Shown: positions 29,936 to 39,852, counted from the first letter of the stretch. The stretch is DNA of 64,000 bases from Minisyncoccota bacterium (GCA_046350795.1 JAXLZT010000001.1:2411-66410); one strand, 5' to 3'. Notes: generated by a model from the sequence alone, not told the origin. Made by a program: numbers and translations.

Positions 29936-31672
29936 ATGAATACTCGTAATAGGGCGCGCGTCCCTTTCTCAAAAAAAATCCTTACTCCAATAAAAACTTT
30001 TTCTGTATTAGAAAGAAGCATATTTTTTGTATTTTTTGGACTTTTTATTTTAAGTGGTCTTTCTATAATTTGGAATATAAACGAACACTTTTTAGTAGAT
30101 GTACCAAACCGTGGCGGTACACTCACAGAAGGTATTGTTGGGTCACCTCGTTTTATCAATCCACTATTATCAATATCTGATGCTGACGAAGATCTCACCT
30201 CTCTCATTTATTCTGGTCTACTCAAAGCCACTCCAAGCGGAGAACTCATAGATGACCTCAGCAAAGAGCATCACATCTCAGACGACGGCCTAGAATACTC
30301 TTTTACATTAAAAGACAATATTTACTTTCATGATGGTGAACCAGTTACCGCAAGCGACGTAGAATTTACCGTAAAAAAAGCCCAAGACAGCCAGCTCCGC
30401 AGTCCAAAACGTATCAACTGGGATGGAATAACTGTAAAAAAAATAGACGATAAAAATATCAAGTTTATTTTAAAACAACCATATTCCCCTTTTATAGAAA
30501 ATCTCACAATGGGCATCCTACCTGAGCACATCTGGAGAAGTCTAGACTCAGACCAGTTTGCTGCAAGTCTTTTCAATACAGAACCAGTGGGCTCTGGGCC
30601 ATATAAAATAAAAAAAATAAAAAGAAACTCTGGTGGTGTACCAACATATTACCAGCTTGAACCATTTTCTAAATATTCACTCGGTGAGCCATATATAAAA
30701 AATCTTTTACTATCATTTTACACAAATGAAGAAGATGCCTTAGAAGCCTTTACAAACGGTGATATAGAAAGTATTAGTGGTATACCACCACAGACAGTAA
30801 ATCAGATAATAAACCAAAGAACTCGTATAGAAAAATCTTCTTTACCACGCATATTTGGAGTGTTTTTTAATCAAAATCAAGCGCCAGTACTCATCAATAA
30901 AGAAGTACGCGCAGCACTCAATATGGTAGTAGAAAAAAATAGAATAGTGCAAAGCGTTCTTGGTGGATACGGTATGGTTATAAACGGACCACTTCCTTTT
31001 GCAAATCTAAAACAAGAAGAAAATACAGATGTATCAACATCTACACCGACAGATATGGCTCTAGAGTTACTTAGTAGAAATGGCTGGACACTAAATCAGA
31101 CTACAGGCGTAATGGAAAAGAAAACAAAAAAAGAAACCATTCCACTATCTTTTTCAATATCAACAGGAGATGCACCTGAACTAAAACAAACAGCCCTAAT
31201 CCTACAAGAAGAATGGCAAAAGATCGGTGCTCATGTAGATATAAAAATATTTGAAACCGGAGATTTAAATCAAAATATTATCCGACCACGCAAATACGAT
31301 GCTTTGCTTTTTGGTGAGGTAACGGGCAGAGATTTTGACCTATACCCCTTCTGGCATTCTTCACAGAGAAACGATCCAGGTCTAAACATAGCAATGTATG
31401 TAAACAGTAAAGCAGATAAACTTTTAGAAGAAATGAGATCAACCACAGACAATGCCGTAAAAGAGGAAAAGTATGCTGGATTTGAACAACTGATAAAAGA
31501 TGACATACCAGCGATATTTACATATACACCAGATTTTATATATCTTGTACCCACAAAGTTAAAAAATATAAAACTTGGAGAAGGTATAAAAGCATCAGAA
31601 AGATTTATGAATGTTCACGAATGGTACATAGAAACAAACAAAGTATGGAAGATATTTGTTAAAAACAATTAA
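29936..31672 (+). CDS. ABC transporter peptide-binding protein (SBP family 5)
   Basis: FHDGEPVTASDVEFT, PVGSGPY, WHSSQ. Confidence 0.88.
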   Translation: MNTRNRARVPFSKKILTPIKTFSVLERSIFFVFFGLFILSGLSIIWNINEHFLVDVPNRGGTLTEGIVGSPRFINPLLSISDADEDLTSLIYSGLLKATPSGELIDDLSKEHHISDDGLEYSFTLKDNIYFHDGEPVTASDVEFTVKKAQDSQLRSPKRINWDGITVKKIDDKNIKFILKQPYSPFIENLTMGILPEHIWRSLDSDQFAASLFNTEPVGSGPYKIKKIKRNSGGVPTYYQLEPFSKYSLGEPYIKNLLLSFYTNEEDALEAFTNGDIESISGIPPQTVNQIINQRTRIEKSSLPRIFGVFFNQNQAPVLINKEVRAALNMVVEKNRIVQSVLGGYGMVINGPLPFANLKQEENTDVSTSTPTDMALELLSRNGWTLNQTTGVMEKKTKKETIPLSFSISTGDAPELKQTALILQEEWQKIGAHVDIKIFETGDLNQNIIRPRKYDALLFGEVTGRDFDLYPFWHSSQRNDPGLNIAMYVNSKADKLLEEMRSTTDNAVKEEKYAGFEQLIKDDIPAIFTYTPDFIYLVPTKLKNIKLGEGIKASERFMNVHEWYIETNKVWKIFVKNN

Positions 31673-31706
31673 AATTTAATTAAAAACATTTAAAAGAAAT
31701 AAAAAA

Positions 31707-33620
31707 ATGAAAAACGAAGATATACAGATTCCAGATATGCCAAAAGCGACAATGCCTGCCACACGCACAGTTGCGCCCACTACACCATCACGTACACCAA
31801 CAACAACTCATAGAAGTGCTGGTATACATTCTCGTGGTGGACAGAGAAATAGAACTGGCGGACATCACAGCCGACGCCCTATGGGTATGCGCCGTGATCC
31901 AGCACCAAAAGCAAGAAAGCCGGATGATGTTATCCCCCCTATCGGAGACAGTATTCGCATTATTCCACTTGGAGGTGTAGAGGAAGTTGGAAAAAACATG
32001 ACAGCTATTGAGTATGGAAATGACATTATCGTACTCGATATGGGTTTTGGTTTTAAAGAAGAAGATACTCCTGGAGTAGACTATATTTTGCCAAACACAA
32101 AATATCTAGAAGACAGGAAAGACAAAATCCGTGCAGTCATCATTACTCACGGACATCTCGATCACATCGGCGGTATTCCTTTTATCATGCCTCGTATTGG
32201 CAATCCCCCTTTATATTCTCGCTATCTGACTACACTCATGATACGCAAGCGACAAGAAGAATTTCCACATCTTCCACCTTTTGAAATAAACGTAGTAGAA
32301 AAAGACGATCGCATCAAAATCGGCAATCTTTCTGTACGATTTTTTGCTGTGACTCATACTATCCCCGACTCTATGGGAGTTATTATTGAGACACCTTATG
32401 GATCTATTGTAAACGCTGGTGATCCAAAACTAGATCATGACGATGGTATTCCTACAGAAGCAGAAGAAAAAGAGTATGCAAAATTCCAAAAAGAAAAGGT
32501 GCTACTTTTCATGAACGATTCAACAAACGTTGAAAATCCCGGCTTCTCTACTCCAGAAAAATTGGTACACAAAAACCTAGAAGAAATCATAAAAAACATA
32601 AAAGGTCGCCTCATCATCGGTACTTTTGCATCTCAGCTTGAGCGCATCATAAAAATAATCCAGATTTGTGAAAAATATGGCAAAAAAGTGATAGTTGAGG
32701 GCCGTAGTATGAAAACAAACGTAGAGATTGCAAAACTTGCAAACATGTTTAGTACAAAAAAAGATACTATCATCCCTATCGAAGACGCAGAAAAGTATCC
32801 GCCAGAAAAAGTGCTAGTACTAGCTACCGGTCCACAAGGTGAAGAATTTTCAGTACTTGCTCGTATGGCAAATAGAACCCACAAGAGCTTTAAAATAAAT
32901 AAGCGTGACACTATTTTGCTTTCATCTTCTATTATTCCAGGCAATGAAAAAAAGGTGCAGAAACTAAAAGACAACATTGCTCGGCAAGGTGTGAAAATAA
33001 TTCACTATCGTACTTCTGACGTGTATATTCATTCTACAGGTCACGGCAATCGTGGTGAGCTAGAGTGGATGTTTAAAAAAGTAAATCCAAAGTTTTTCAT
33101 GCCTATTCACGGCAACCACTACATGCTTCGTCTACACGCTCAGACTATAGAAGCACTTGGTATGCCTGAAGAAAATATCATCATTCCTGACAACGGCACA
33201 ATCATAGAAATACAAGACAAAGGCACAAAGCTCGTAAGACTAAAAGAGACTGCGCCAAGCAATATGATGATGGTGGACGGATTTTCTGTTGGTGATATGC
33301 AGGAGGTAGTGTTGCGTGATAGAAAAATGCTAGCCGAAGATGGTATGTTTGTCATCATTGCGAGTATAAACCTAAAGACTGGAAAATTACGTAAATCTCC
33401 AGATATTATTTCTCGAGGGTTTGTGTATCTGCGAGAATCTCAAGACCTACTTCAAGACGCAAGACATTTAATTAAGAAAACAGTAGAAGATACTACTGCG
33501 GGAATGAATCCTATCAACTTTGATTATGTAAAAGAAAACATTTCAGAGACTGTTAGCAGATTCCTTTTCCAAAAAACAGCAAAAACTCCTATCGTAATAC
33601 CTGTAGTGCTTGGAGTTTAA
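31707..33620 (+). CDS. rnj: ribonuclease J
   Basis: PLGGVEEVGKN, THGHLDHIG, HSTGH, PIHG; disordered N-terminal extension. Confidence 0.95.
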   Translation: MKNEDIQIPDMPKATMPATRTVAPTTPSRTPTTTHRSAGIHSRGGQRNRTGGHHSRRPMGMRRDPAPKARKPDDVIPPIGDSIRIIPLGGVEEVGKNMTAIEYGNDIIVLDMGFGFKEEDTPGVDYILPNTKYLEDRKDKIRAVIITHGHLDHIGGIPFIMPRIGNPPLYSRYLTTLMIRKRQEEFPHLPPFEINVVEKDDRIKIGNLSVRFFAVTHTIPDSMGVIIETPYGSIVNAGDPKLDHDDGIPTEAEEKEYAKFQKEKVLLFMNDSTNVENPGFSTPEKLVHKNLEEIIKNIKGRLIIGTFASQLERIIKIIQICEKYGKKVIVEGRSMKTNVEIAKLANMFSTKKDTIIPIEDAEKYPPEKVLVLATGPQGEEFSVLARMANRTHKSFKINKRDTILLSSSIIPGNEKKVQKLKDNIARQGVKIIHYRTSDVYIHSTGHGNRGELEWMFKKVNPKFFMPIHGNHYMLRLHAQTIEALGMPEENIIIPDNGTIIEIQDKGTKLVRLKETAPSNMMMVDGFSVGDMQEVVLRDRKMLAEDGMFVIIASINLKTGKLRKSPDIISRGFVYLRESQDLLQDARHLIKKTVEDTTAGMNPINFDYVKENISETVSRFLFQKTAKTPIVIPVVLGV

Positions 33621-33637
33621 AAAATAAAAAAACAAAA

Positions 33638-33663
33638 GGTCGCCTCCGAATGAGGAGGCGACC
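33638..33663. terminator. bidirectional terminator between rnj and unit 5
   Basis: GGTCGCCTCC-GAATGA-GGAGGCGACC perfect stem flanked by A/T runs. Confidence 0.75.
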
Positions 33664-33702
33664 CGTTTGGTTTTGGTAGGAGTCCCTACCTAGGGATTGG
33701 AC

Positions 33703-34377
33703 CTACTTGCTCGTGGGCGGTTGCGTCGCAGGGCTCTGGGTGATGGAGCAACTCGAGGCTCCAGGCCCCCCGGCAGAACAGGAGGCGCTGCTGGCCTGAC
33801 TGCCGAGCACGCACTTGCACACCGGGTAGATGCCACTCGAGTTGAAGTTGCAGCAGGCGAAGTAGGCACTGTTGCCACAGGTCACCTGACACGTCTGAGG
33901 GCCCGCCGATGACGGGTTTCCATCAGCCGACGTCGAAACGTCAACGAAGGATCCCACGACCACCATGTTCCCAGCTCCGAGCTTGAGAACTTCCGGCTGA
34001 GACCCACCCATGATGAACTCGACGTCGGTGTGGCCACGATTCCAAATGAGCCCAGAGACAATCTCCTCGCCCATGGGAACCATGTCCGGGAACGTGTAGA
34101 CACGCCCAGACACCGTCGTGAGACGCCCGATCACGGTCAAGAGACCGGCGTCGTTCACGTACAGGGGTGCGGGGACGACGATGTACTCAGCCACGTTGAA
34201 CGTGAGGCCGATCGTTGCCATTTCCTCCGGCGACACCGAGGTCGCCCAGAGAAGGGTCCGCAGATCCCGGTCTTCCACCTTGCCGTTGGTAGAAGCGGTG
34301 GACGTCGAAGTGGTGATGAACGCCACCAGGCCCAGCACCAAGAGAACGAGAGCAGACAACGTCCGTGTCCGATTCAT
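33703..34377 (-). CDS. GC-rich secreted protein with Cys-rich C-terminus (unit 5), 224 aa
   Basis: Signal peptide MNRTRTLSALVLLVLGLVA; 8 Cys in the last ~60 aa; GGAG SD; promoter TTGACA-16-TATCGT at 34459-34486 (-). Confidence 0.8.
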   Translation of the reverse strand: MNRTRTLSALVLLVLGLVAFITTSTSTASTNGKVEDRDLRTLLWATSVSPEEMATIGLTFNVAEYIVVPAPLYVNDAGLLTVIGRLTTVSGRVYTFPDMVPMGEEIVSGLIWNRGHTDVEFIMGGSQPEVLKLGAGNMVVVGSFVDVSTSADGNPSSAGPQTCQVTCGNSAYFACCNFNSSGIYPVCKCVLGSQASSASCSAGGPGASSCSITQSPATQPPTSK

Positions 34378-34400
34378 GTGAATTCTCCAGTGAGTTACAG

Positions 34401-34450
34401 GATGCTTTGGCCTCAACGCACCTTGCGTCAAGTAGATTCCAATGTGCATC
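34401..34450 (-). ncRNA. structured 5' leader of unit 5, similar to 319-369
   Basis: GATGC..TTGG-AATCTAC-TTGACGCA-AGG-TGCGTTGA-GG-CCAA..GCATC. Confidence 0.55.
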
Positions 34451-34518
34451 TAAAATTCACGATACGCTCATATAAAACTTTGTCAAGTCACCTAAGCAGA
34501 GATATAATATACACCAGT

Positions 34519-35700
34519 ATGTTACACACATTATCACGTCACAAACTAGCCGTTATTTATATCTCAAATCTCCTGCTTTCTTTTCACTACTTTTTGATAC
34601 TTTATATTCATTCTTCATATATCGGTACGTATTTTAGTGAATCAAAACTCGCAATGCTCTATATTGTTGGTTCGGGAGTCAATCTGATTTTATTTTTTAA
34701 TATTCCCCATATCTTAGACCGCATCGGTAATTACAAATTTACCCTTTGGGCTATCATTTTAGAAGCAGTAGCTATCACTGGACTAATTGTTGGCACCTCA
34801 CAGCTATCTATCGGTCTTTCTTTTGTATTACATCAAGCTGTCATATCCATGATACTTTTTGGATTAGATATTTTTCTAGAGGGTGCAACAAAAAATGAAA
34901 AAGAGACTGGATCAATACGCGGTCTTTACCTTACACTATCAAATACAACCTTGGTCTTTTCACCACTTATTATCGGTATTTTACTCACAGGTAATAATTT
35001 TTGGATAGTATATTTGGTTTCACTTGTATTTCTATTTCCACTATTTTTCTTGATTAGAAAATATTTAAGAGATGCAAAATACAAAAAGAAAGAAAAGGTC
35101 TACATTATAAAGACAATAAAACAGCATAGAAAAAATAAAAACATCACCGCGATTTTGTATTCACATTTTATGCTTCAATTTTTCTATGCATGGATGGTGA
35201 TATATATGCCAATATATTTACATCAACATATCGGCTTTTCTTGGCAAGAGATAGGAACAATCTTTACAGTAATGTTACTGCCTTTTATGCTCTTTGAGTT
35301 GCCACTTGGCACCGTTGCAGATAAAAGATTTGGAGAAAAAGAAATACTTGTGATTGGTTTTATTATCATGGCAATTTCTACTTTTTTAATACCCACAATC
35401 AAAAGTCCTTCTGTAATAATTTGGGCAATAATTCTTTTTATGACTCGTACTGGCGCAAGCTTTGTAGAAGTTACATCTGAAAGTTATTTTTTCAAACACG
35501 TAAACGAAGAAAATACTGGACTTATTAGTCTTTTTAGAATGGCGCGACCATTTGCATATATTAGCGCACCAATGATAGCAACAATGACTATTTACTTTTT
35601 TAGTACGCAAAATACGTCGTACGGATATATATTTTCTGTCTTAGCGATACTAATGCTTGTTGGTGTACGATATAGCCTGAGAATAAAAGATACTAAATAA
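34519..35700 (+). CDS. MFS transporter
   Basis: About 12 TM helices, LDRIGN and VADKRFGEK loop motifs; start MLHTLS (upstream ORF extension is a shadow of unit 5). Confidence 0.85.
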   Translation: MLHTLSRHKLAVIYISNLLLSFHYFLILYIHSSYIGTYFSESKLAMLYIVGSGVNLILFFNIPHILDRIGNYKFTLWAIILEAVAITGLIVGTSQLSIGLSFVLHQAVISMILFGLDIFLEGATKNEKETGSIRGLYLTLSNTTLVFSPLIIGILLTGNNFWIVYLVSLVFLFPLFFLIRKYLRDAKYKKKEKVYIIKTIKQHRKNKNITAILYSHFMLQFFYAWMVIYMPIYLHQHIGFSWQEIGTIFTVMLLPFMLFELPLGTVADKRFGEKEILVIGFIIMAISTFLIPTIKSPSVIIWAIILFMTRTGASFVEVTSESYFFKHVNEENTGLISLFRMARPFAYISAPMIATMTIYFFSTQNTSYGYIFSVLAILMLVGVRYSLRIKDTK

Positions 35701-35709
35701 ATCTAGCTC

Positions 35710-36471
35710 TTATACACCTTTCTTTATCTCCAAATACATGAACAGTGGAATTTCTTTTCTCATTCTGTCTTCTTCTTTTTGCCTTGGACCCGCGTCGCTT
35801 TTTTTATGAGAAATCCACTCTTCTAGACGAGTCACAACAAATCCTCCAGAACGAAATAATTTAAAATAAAACTGAATTGGTCTATGAAAAGAAATGGTTT
35901 GTTCTTTTTCTTTTTGTCCTGGATGCATATCTATTTCTACTTTTGATTCTGAAATATACTTATCTATACGACGATATTGTTTTTGAGCAACATCATCCCA
36001 ACCCCAAGATGATCCTTTCGGGATTCTAAAAGATGGATGATTGAGTACTATGTGCATACTTCCGCCTTGCGACAAAACCCTACTGCATTCATACAACATT
36101 TCTTTTACCTCCTCTATATTTTGAATAGCAAGCACAAGAGAAATCTTGTCTACTGACGCATCAGCTATTCCCTTTAACTTATGTGCAGGTGTAACAACGT
36201 ATTTTATATTTGGATCAGAATTTTTCCTAGCAATACTGATGAGCTCTTTTGAAATATCTACACCCATCACCTTTTTTGATAAAGTAAAAAATTCTCGAGT
36301 AAAAAAACCTGTGCCACAAGCCAAATCTAAAATACTATCAGTAGGCTTGATATCAATTAGCCGAAGTAGGTTTGGTAAAATCACTTTCTTATGATAAGAA
36401 TCTTGATTTTCTGAAAGATGATTTTCATACCAATCCGCTACCACGCCCCATGATGTATTTTTATTTTTCAT
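35710..36471 (-). CDS. class I SAM-dependent methyltransferase
   Basis: ILDLACGTG, GVDIS. Confidence 0.88.
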   Translation of the reverse strand: MKNKNTSWGVVADWYENHLSENQDSYHKKVILPNLLRLIDIKPTDSILDLACGTGFFTREFFTLSKKVMGVDISKELISIARKNSDPNIKYVVTPAHKLKGIADASVDKISLVLAIQNIEEVKEMLYECSRVLSQGGSMHIVLNHPSFRIPKGSSWGWDDVAQKQYRRIDKYISESKVEIDMHPGQKEKEQTISFHRPIQFYFKLFRSGGFVVTRLEEWISHKKSDAGPRQKEEDRMRKEIPLFMYLEIKKGV

Positions 36472-36473
36472 AT

Positions 36474-37022
36474 CTAAAATTTTATCGGTATACTTATACT
36501 TTCATCATTCTCTGGTAAACCAGATGGATTGTCACGCTGTAAAATAAGTGTACCTGTATCCGTGGTAACACCATCAAATTTAAGCTCAGCATAAAAACCC
36601 ACAAAATCTTTGGTCATCCAATCAGTCTTTGCCGTCACCGGTATTGTGGCTATTTCTTTTCCATCCGCATCTAAAAGTCGAGCAGGAAATGATGCCTCAA
36701 AAAACCAGCTACCCCTCGCCTCACCTTCGATCTTTATCGGATTTGAAACAGTATCACCTGGTTTTGGACTTGTGACTTTTATATTACCAACCACAGTCTC
36801 ATCATTTGATGGAAGAGATGCGGTTGATATTTTTTCATCAAAACCCCTGCCGTCTGGCAGAGTACACCTGCGAGGATATGATTCAGTGACCGGATACCCA
36901 TTTTCTGCACAGGCTATAAAGCTATCTATAGAAAGCATGGCCTTTTTTTCTCTCATATAAAAAACCGTAAAGTACAACGAGACCATCAGTACAAGTGTCA
37001 GTATAATGATTATTTTTTTCAT
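36474..37022 (-). CDS. Gmad2 immunoglobulin-like domain protein
   Basis: N-terminal TM; GEARGSWFFEASFP, DWMT, DNPSGLPEN. Confidence 0.8.
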   Translation of the reverse strand: MKKIIIILTLVLMVSLYFTVFYMREKKAMLSIDSFIACAENGYPVTESYPRRCTLPDGRGFDEKISTASLPSNDETVVGNIKVTSPKPGDTVSNPIKIEGEARGSWFFEASFPARLLDADGKEIATIPVTAKTDWMTKDFVGFYAELKFDGVTTDTGTLILQRDNPSGLPENDESISIPIKF

Positions 37023-37135
37023 ATATCTATTATGCACTTTTTAACAAATCAGCAAATTTCTACCCATTTCATTGCATCAAAAATATCCCCCGCCCAACAC
37101 AGCGATCTCGTTGTTTGTGATTTCTTTCATATAGA

Positions 37136-37510
37136 TTAGTTTGCTCTTGGACCCAAAAGAAAGAGAGAAAAAGTGGCTATAGCTAGACCACCATCACGCA
37201 CACCAGTAGGACTTAAACCAAAAGACCAAGCAATACCAGCAAGGTGTAAAGCCAACAAAAGAGCAACGATGCGAGTAAAAATATTTAATATAAGCAAGAC
37301 AGCTCCTATAATCTCCAAAATACCATTTGTAAGTATAATTTTTTCAGAAGTAAAAAAAGCAGGAAGGGATTTTAATATAGCCCAGTCAGGCAACATGCGA
37401 ACCCATTGTGATGGATGCATTACTTGTTGTATACCAAACCATAAAAAGACAGCAGCGATACCAAAGCGCAATACTATAAAACCAAACCTCTGCATTTTAT
37501 ATGAATCCAT
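37136..37510 (-). CDS. DoxX family membrane protein
   Basis: LRFGIAAVFLWFG, EIIGAVLLILN, RD in last helix. Confidence 0.75.
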   Translation of the reverse strand: MDSYKMQRFGFIVLRFGIAAVFLWFGIQQVMHPSQWVRMLPDWAILKSLPAFFTSEKIILTNGILEIIGAVLLILNIFTRIVALLLALHLAGIAWSFGLSPTGVRDGGLAIATFSLFLLGPRAN

Positions 37511-37516
37511 AAAAAA

Positions 37517-37912
37517 TTAATTAATTAATACACCAATAAAAAATCCGTCTAACTCATTTGCTGGTCTAGACTGTCCACCGTGCTGATCGTTGAAAGCAGG
37601 ACTTCCATCTTTTCCGCAAATGCTGAGTATAGCTCCCTGTCCACCTGGATGTTGTCCTATCCAAGAAGTAAGGTTGTAAACTTTGCCATTGATAGCACTC
37701 CAGCAATCAGTCTTTGAGTTGTGTGTTTGCACTTGAGCCATGGTAAAAGATGATGCGGTCTGAGTTGTAGGTGCAGGTGTAGATGTGGGTGCAGTCGTAG
37801 ATGTAGGTGCAGATGGATTTTGTTTATCATTTCCGTTGCTAGATATAGTAAAAATAATGCCACCAGCAAGGACAATCAAAATCACGACACTAATTATTAT
37901 ATTTCTATTCAT
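37517..37912 (-). CDS. cytochrome b5-like heme/steroid-binding protein
   Basis: HNSKTDCW..INGKVYNLT..HPGG..CGKDG..QH. Confidence 0.88.
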   Translation of the reverse strand: MNRNIIISVVILIVLAGGIIFTISSNGNDKQNPSAPTSTTAPTSTPAPTTQTASSFTMAQVQTHNSKTDCWSAINGKVYNLTSWIGQHPGGQGAILSICGKDGSPAFNDQHGGQSRPANELDGFFIGVLIN

Positions 37913-37954
37913 GATTATTTAATTATACCAAAATCAAATTTATTTTCTATTTTA

Positions 37955-38503
37955 CTAAATAGCTTTCACCTCAATAAGTTTTGTATTTATAATTTTCAAA
38001 TATTTAGATACACCAAAAGACGGCCTGACGGACATTGGTTCATCAGCACCCCTTTCAGCATAGTTAACTATTATTTGCCCATCTCTTATCTCTGTTGTCT
38101 GCGGTGCTATCCTGTCTCCAATAAAAACAGCATTCGTGCCTGTATAACCCTTTTTACTACCCAAAGCAACGACAACGTAGAAAAAAGTACCACTGCCACC
38201 GCCATCTTGCGTCACCAAAAAAGCAACATCTGATATTCCATCAGCATTCAAATCCCCCACCGCTTCATTTCCAAAATACTCAGTTGTGATCTTTGATATA
38301 GATTCTGGGGAAACTTTTGTTTGTGCAAAACCATTTTTTAGTGTAATTTTTTGACCCTCTATGTCATAAGTAGCATCTTTAAAGTTTGAAGTAGGAGCAT
38401 AAACCATCGGACGATCAACTTTAAAAAATAGTATGGTTGCAATAATAAACAAAACCACAATCACCATAAGAAACAAAAAATTTCTCTTTAAAATAATTGC
38501 CAT
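37955..38503 (-). CDS. hypothetical membrane-anchored protein
   Basis: N-terminal TM; GDLNADG, GGGSGTFFY, GDRIAPQ. Confidence 0.7.
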   Translation of the reverse strand: MAIILKRNFLFLMVIVVLFIIATILFFKVDRPMVYAPTSNFKDATYDIEGQKITLKNGFAQTKVSPESISKITTEYFGNEAVGDLNADGISDVAFLVTQDGGGSGTFFYVVVALGSKKGYTGTNAVFIGDRIAPQTTEIRDGQIIVNYAERGADEPMSVRPSFGVSKYLKIINTKLIEVKAI

Positions 38504-38573
38504 TGGTTAATTATAGCAAAAAAACTTGCAATGGTTTTATATGGTTCGTCTGTACAACCAAGATCACTCCAAC

Positions 38574-38582
38574 TGTGGATAA
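38574..38582. promoter_or_regulatory. DnaA box
   Basis: TGTGGATAA, exact reverse complement of TTATCCACA. Confidence 0.55.
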
Positions 38583-38616
38583 CTTCATTGAAAAGAGAAC
38601 CGATGGGTATAGTATT

Positions 38617-38715
38617 AAGGATGAATTCGTTCAAACACTCGTACCCCAAGATGGGACAGCTCATCTTTCTCCCCTCCGCCACCCCGGCCAATGACAACAA
38701 GGCTGGGGTGGTTTT
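38617..38715 (+). ncRNA. candidate ~100-nt small transcript (unit 11; sRNA or short peptide)
   Basis: TTGAAA...TATAGT promoter at 38588-38613; AAGGATGA/TCATCTTT stem; terminator CCACCCCGGCC/GGCTGGGGTGG-TTTT. Confidence 0.45.
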
Positions 38716-38730
38716 CCATATTTATTAAAG

Positions 38731-39735
38731 CTAAATCTTGTCTTTGTGTTCAGAAAAATAGACATTCTTTTTAGCTATGCCCATTTTGGCAAATTTTTTC
38801 AAGAGAAAGTCTTTCATCTCTTTTTCGCTTTTAAAAGCAATCTTCTTTTTTCCATCTAGCACCGCCCATTGTCCCACCTTTCGAAGTACATCCATTTTGC
38901 TTAACACTATGCGATTGACGCCGTTCATCCTTATCGCGCGCTCCATCAGATTTAGATTCATCCAGTTGCACTGACGAGGTCGGCCAGTAGTAGATCCGTA
39001 TTCCTCACCTACTTTTCTGATTTCTTCAAAAATTTTGTCTGCAGGCTCAAACTTTTTGTTGCCGACATAGGTCTCGTATATTTTTGCTACACCCCAGACA
39101 TCTTTTATTGCAGTAAAAGGCACTGCGTTTAAAATCATACCGCCCACTGTACAGTGGCTAGATGTTACAAAAGGATAATCTCCCCAATCAATATCGAGTC
39201 CAAAACCCTGAGCACCCTCACCGAGCACATATGTATTTTTATTTTTTACATGAAACTCTTCGTATAGGTCTATGAGATACGGCTTTAGCTCTGGCACACT
39301 CTCAGCTCGGATACCTGTGCGAGCATATTTGTTTCTGTAGGTCGGACCATTGCCACGTTTTGTCGTACCTATCTTACTATCAGAACCGTCTTCATTTTTA
39401 TTTTCTTCTGTGATGATATGAGTATTTTTTGCAATGAAAATTTTGCCTTTTGTCTTTATACCACCAGCCTCTAGCTCTTTTATCTCTTTCATAAACTGCA
39501 CTGGATCGAGCACACAGCCCGGACCAATGACAGATTTTATTCCAAAAAACACACCGACAGGTATGTGATGCGTCACAAACTTTTTCCCCTTATGATAAAT
39601 AGTGTGGCCCGCATTGCACCCTCCGTTGTAACGCAAAACGTGTGTAAACTTTTTAGTCTTGCACAAATGATGCGCTACTTTTCCCTTCGCACAATCTCCA
39701 TATTGCAAATCAACAATTACGTCTGTTTTAATCAT
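38731..39735 (-). CDS. purA: adenylosuccinate synthetase (short form)
   Basis: QYGDCAKGK, GGCNAGHT, IGTTKRG, EGAQG, YPFVTSS, TTGRPR. Confidence 0.9.
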   Translation of the reverse strand: MIKTDVIVDLQYGDCAKGKVAHHLCKTKKFTHVLRYNGGCNAGHTIYHKGKKFVTHHIPVGVFFGIKSVIGPGCVLDPVQFMKEIKELEAGGIKTKGKIFIAKNTHIITEENKNEDGSDSKIGTTKRGNGPTYRNKYARTGIRAESVPELKPYLIDLYEEFHVKNKNTYVLGEGAQGFGLDIDWGDYPFVTSSHCTVGGMILNAVPFTAIKDVWGVAKIYETYVGNKKFEPADKIFEEIRKVGEEYGSTTGRPRQCNWMNLNLMERAIRMNGVNRIVLSKMDVLRKVGQWAVLDGKKKIAFKSEKEMKDFLLKKFAKMGIAKKNVYFSEHKDKI

Positions 39736-39852
39736 ACGAAAGAATCATATCAGAAAAAAACTGTTTTTAAAATTGGCTTGGCAAAAGTGACTTTATAACA
39801 TAATCTATACCTTGGATAGGAAACACCACCAAACAACAGGAGAAAGCTACCA

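Noticed and set aside
34030-34518. 163-aa N-terminal extension of the MFS transporter
   Set aside because: It is the antisense shadow of GC-rich unit 5; the hydrophobic MFS begins at 34519.
38731-39735. PurZ (diaminopurine pathway)
   Set aside because: The catalytic Asp (GD) is retained where PurZ has Ser, and there are no datZ/mazZ neighbours.
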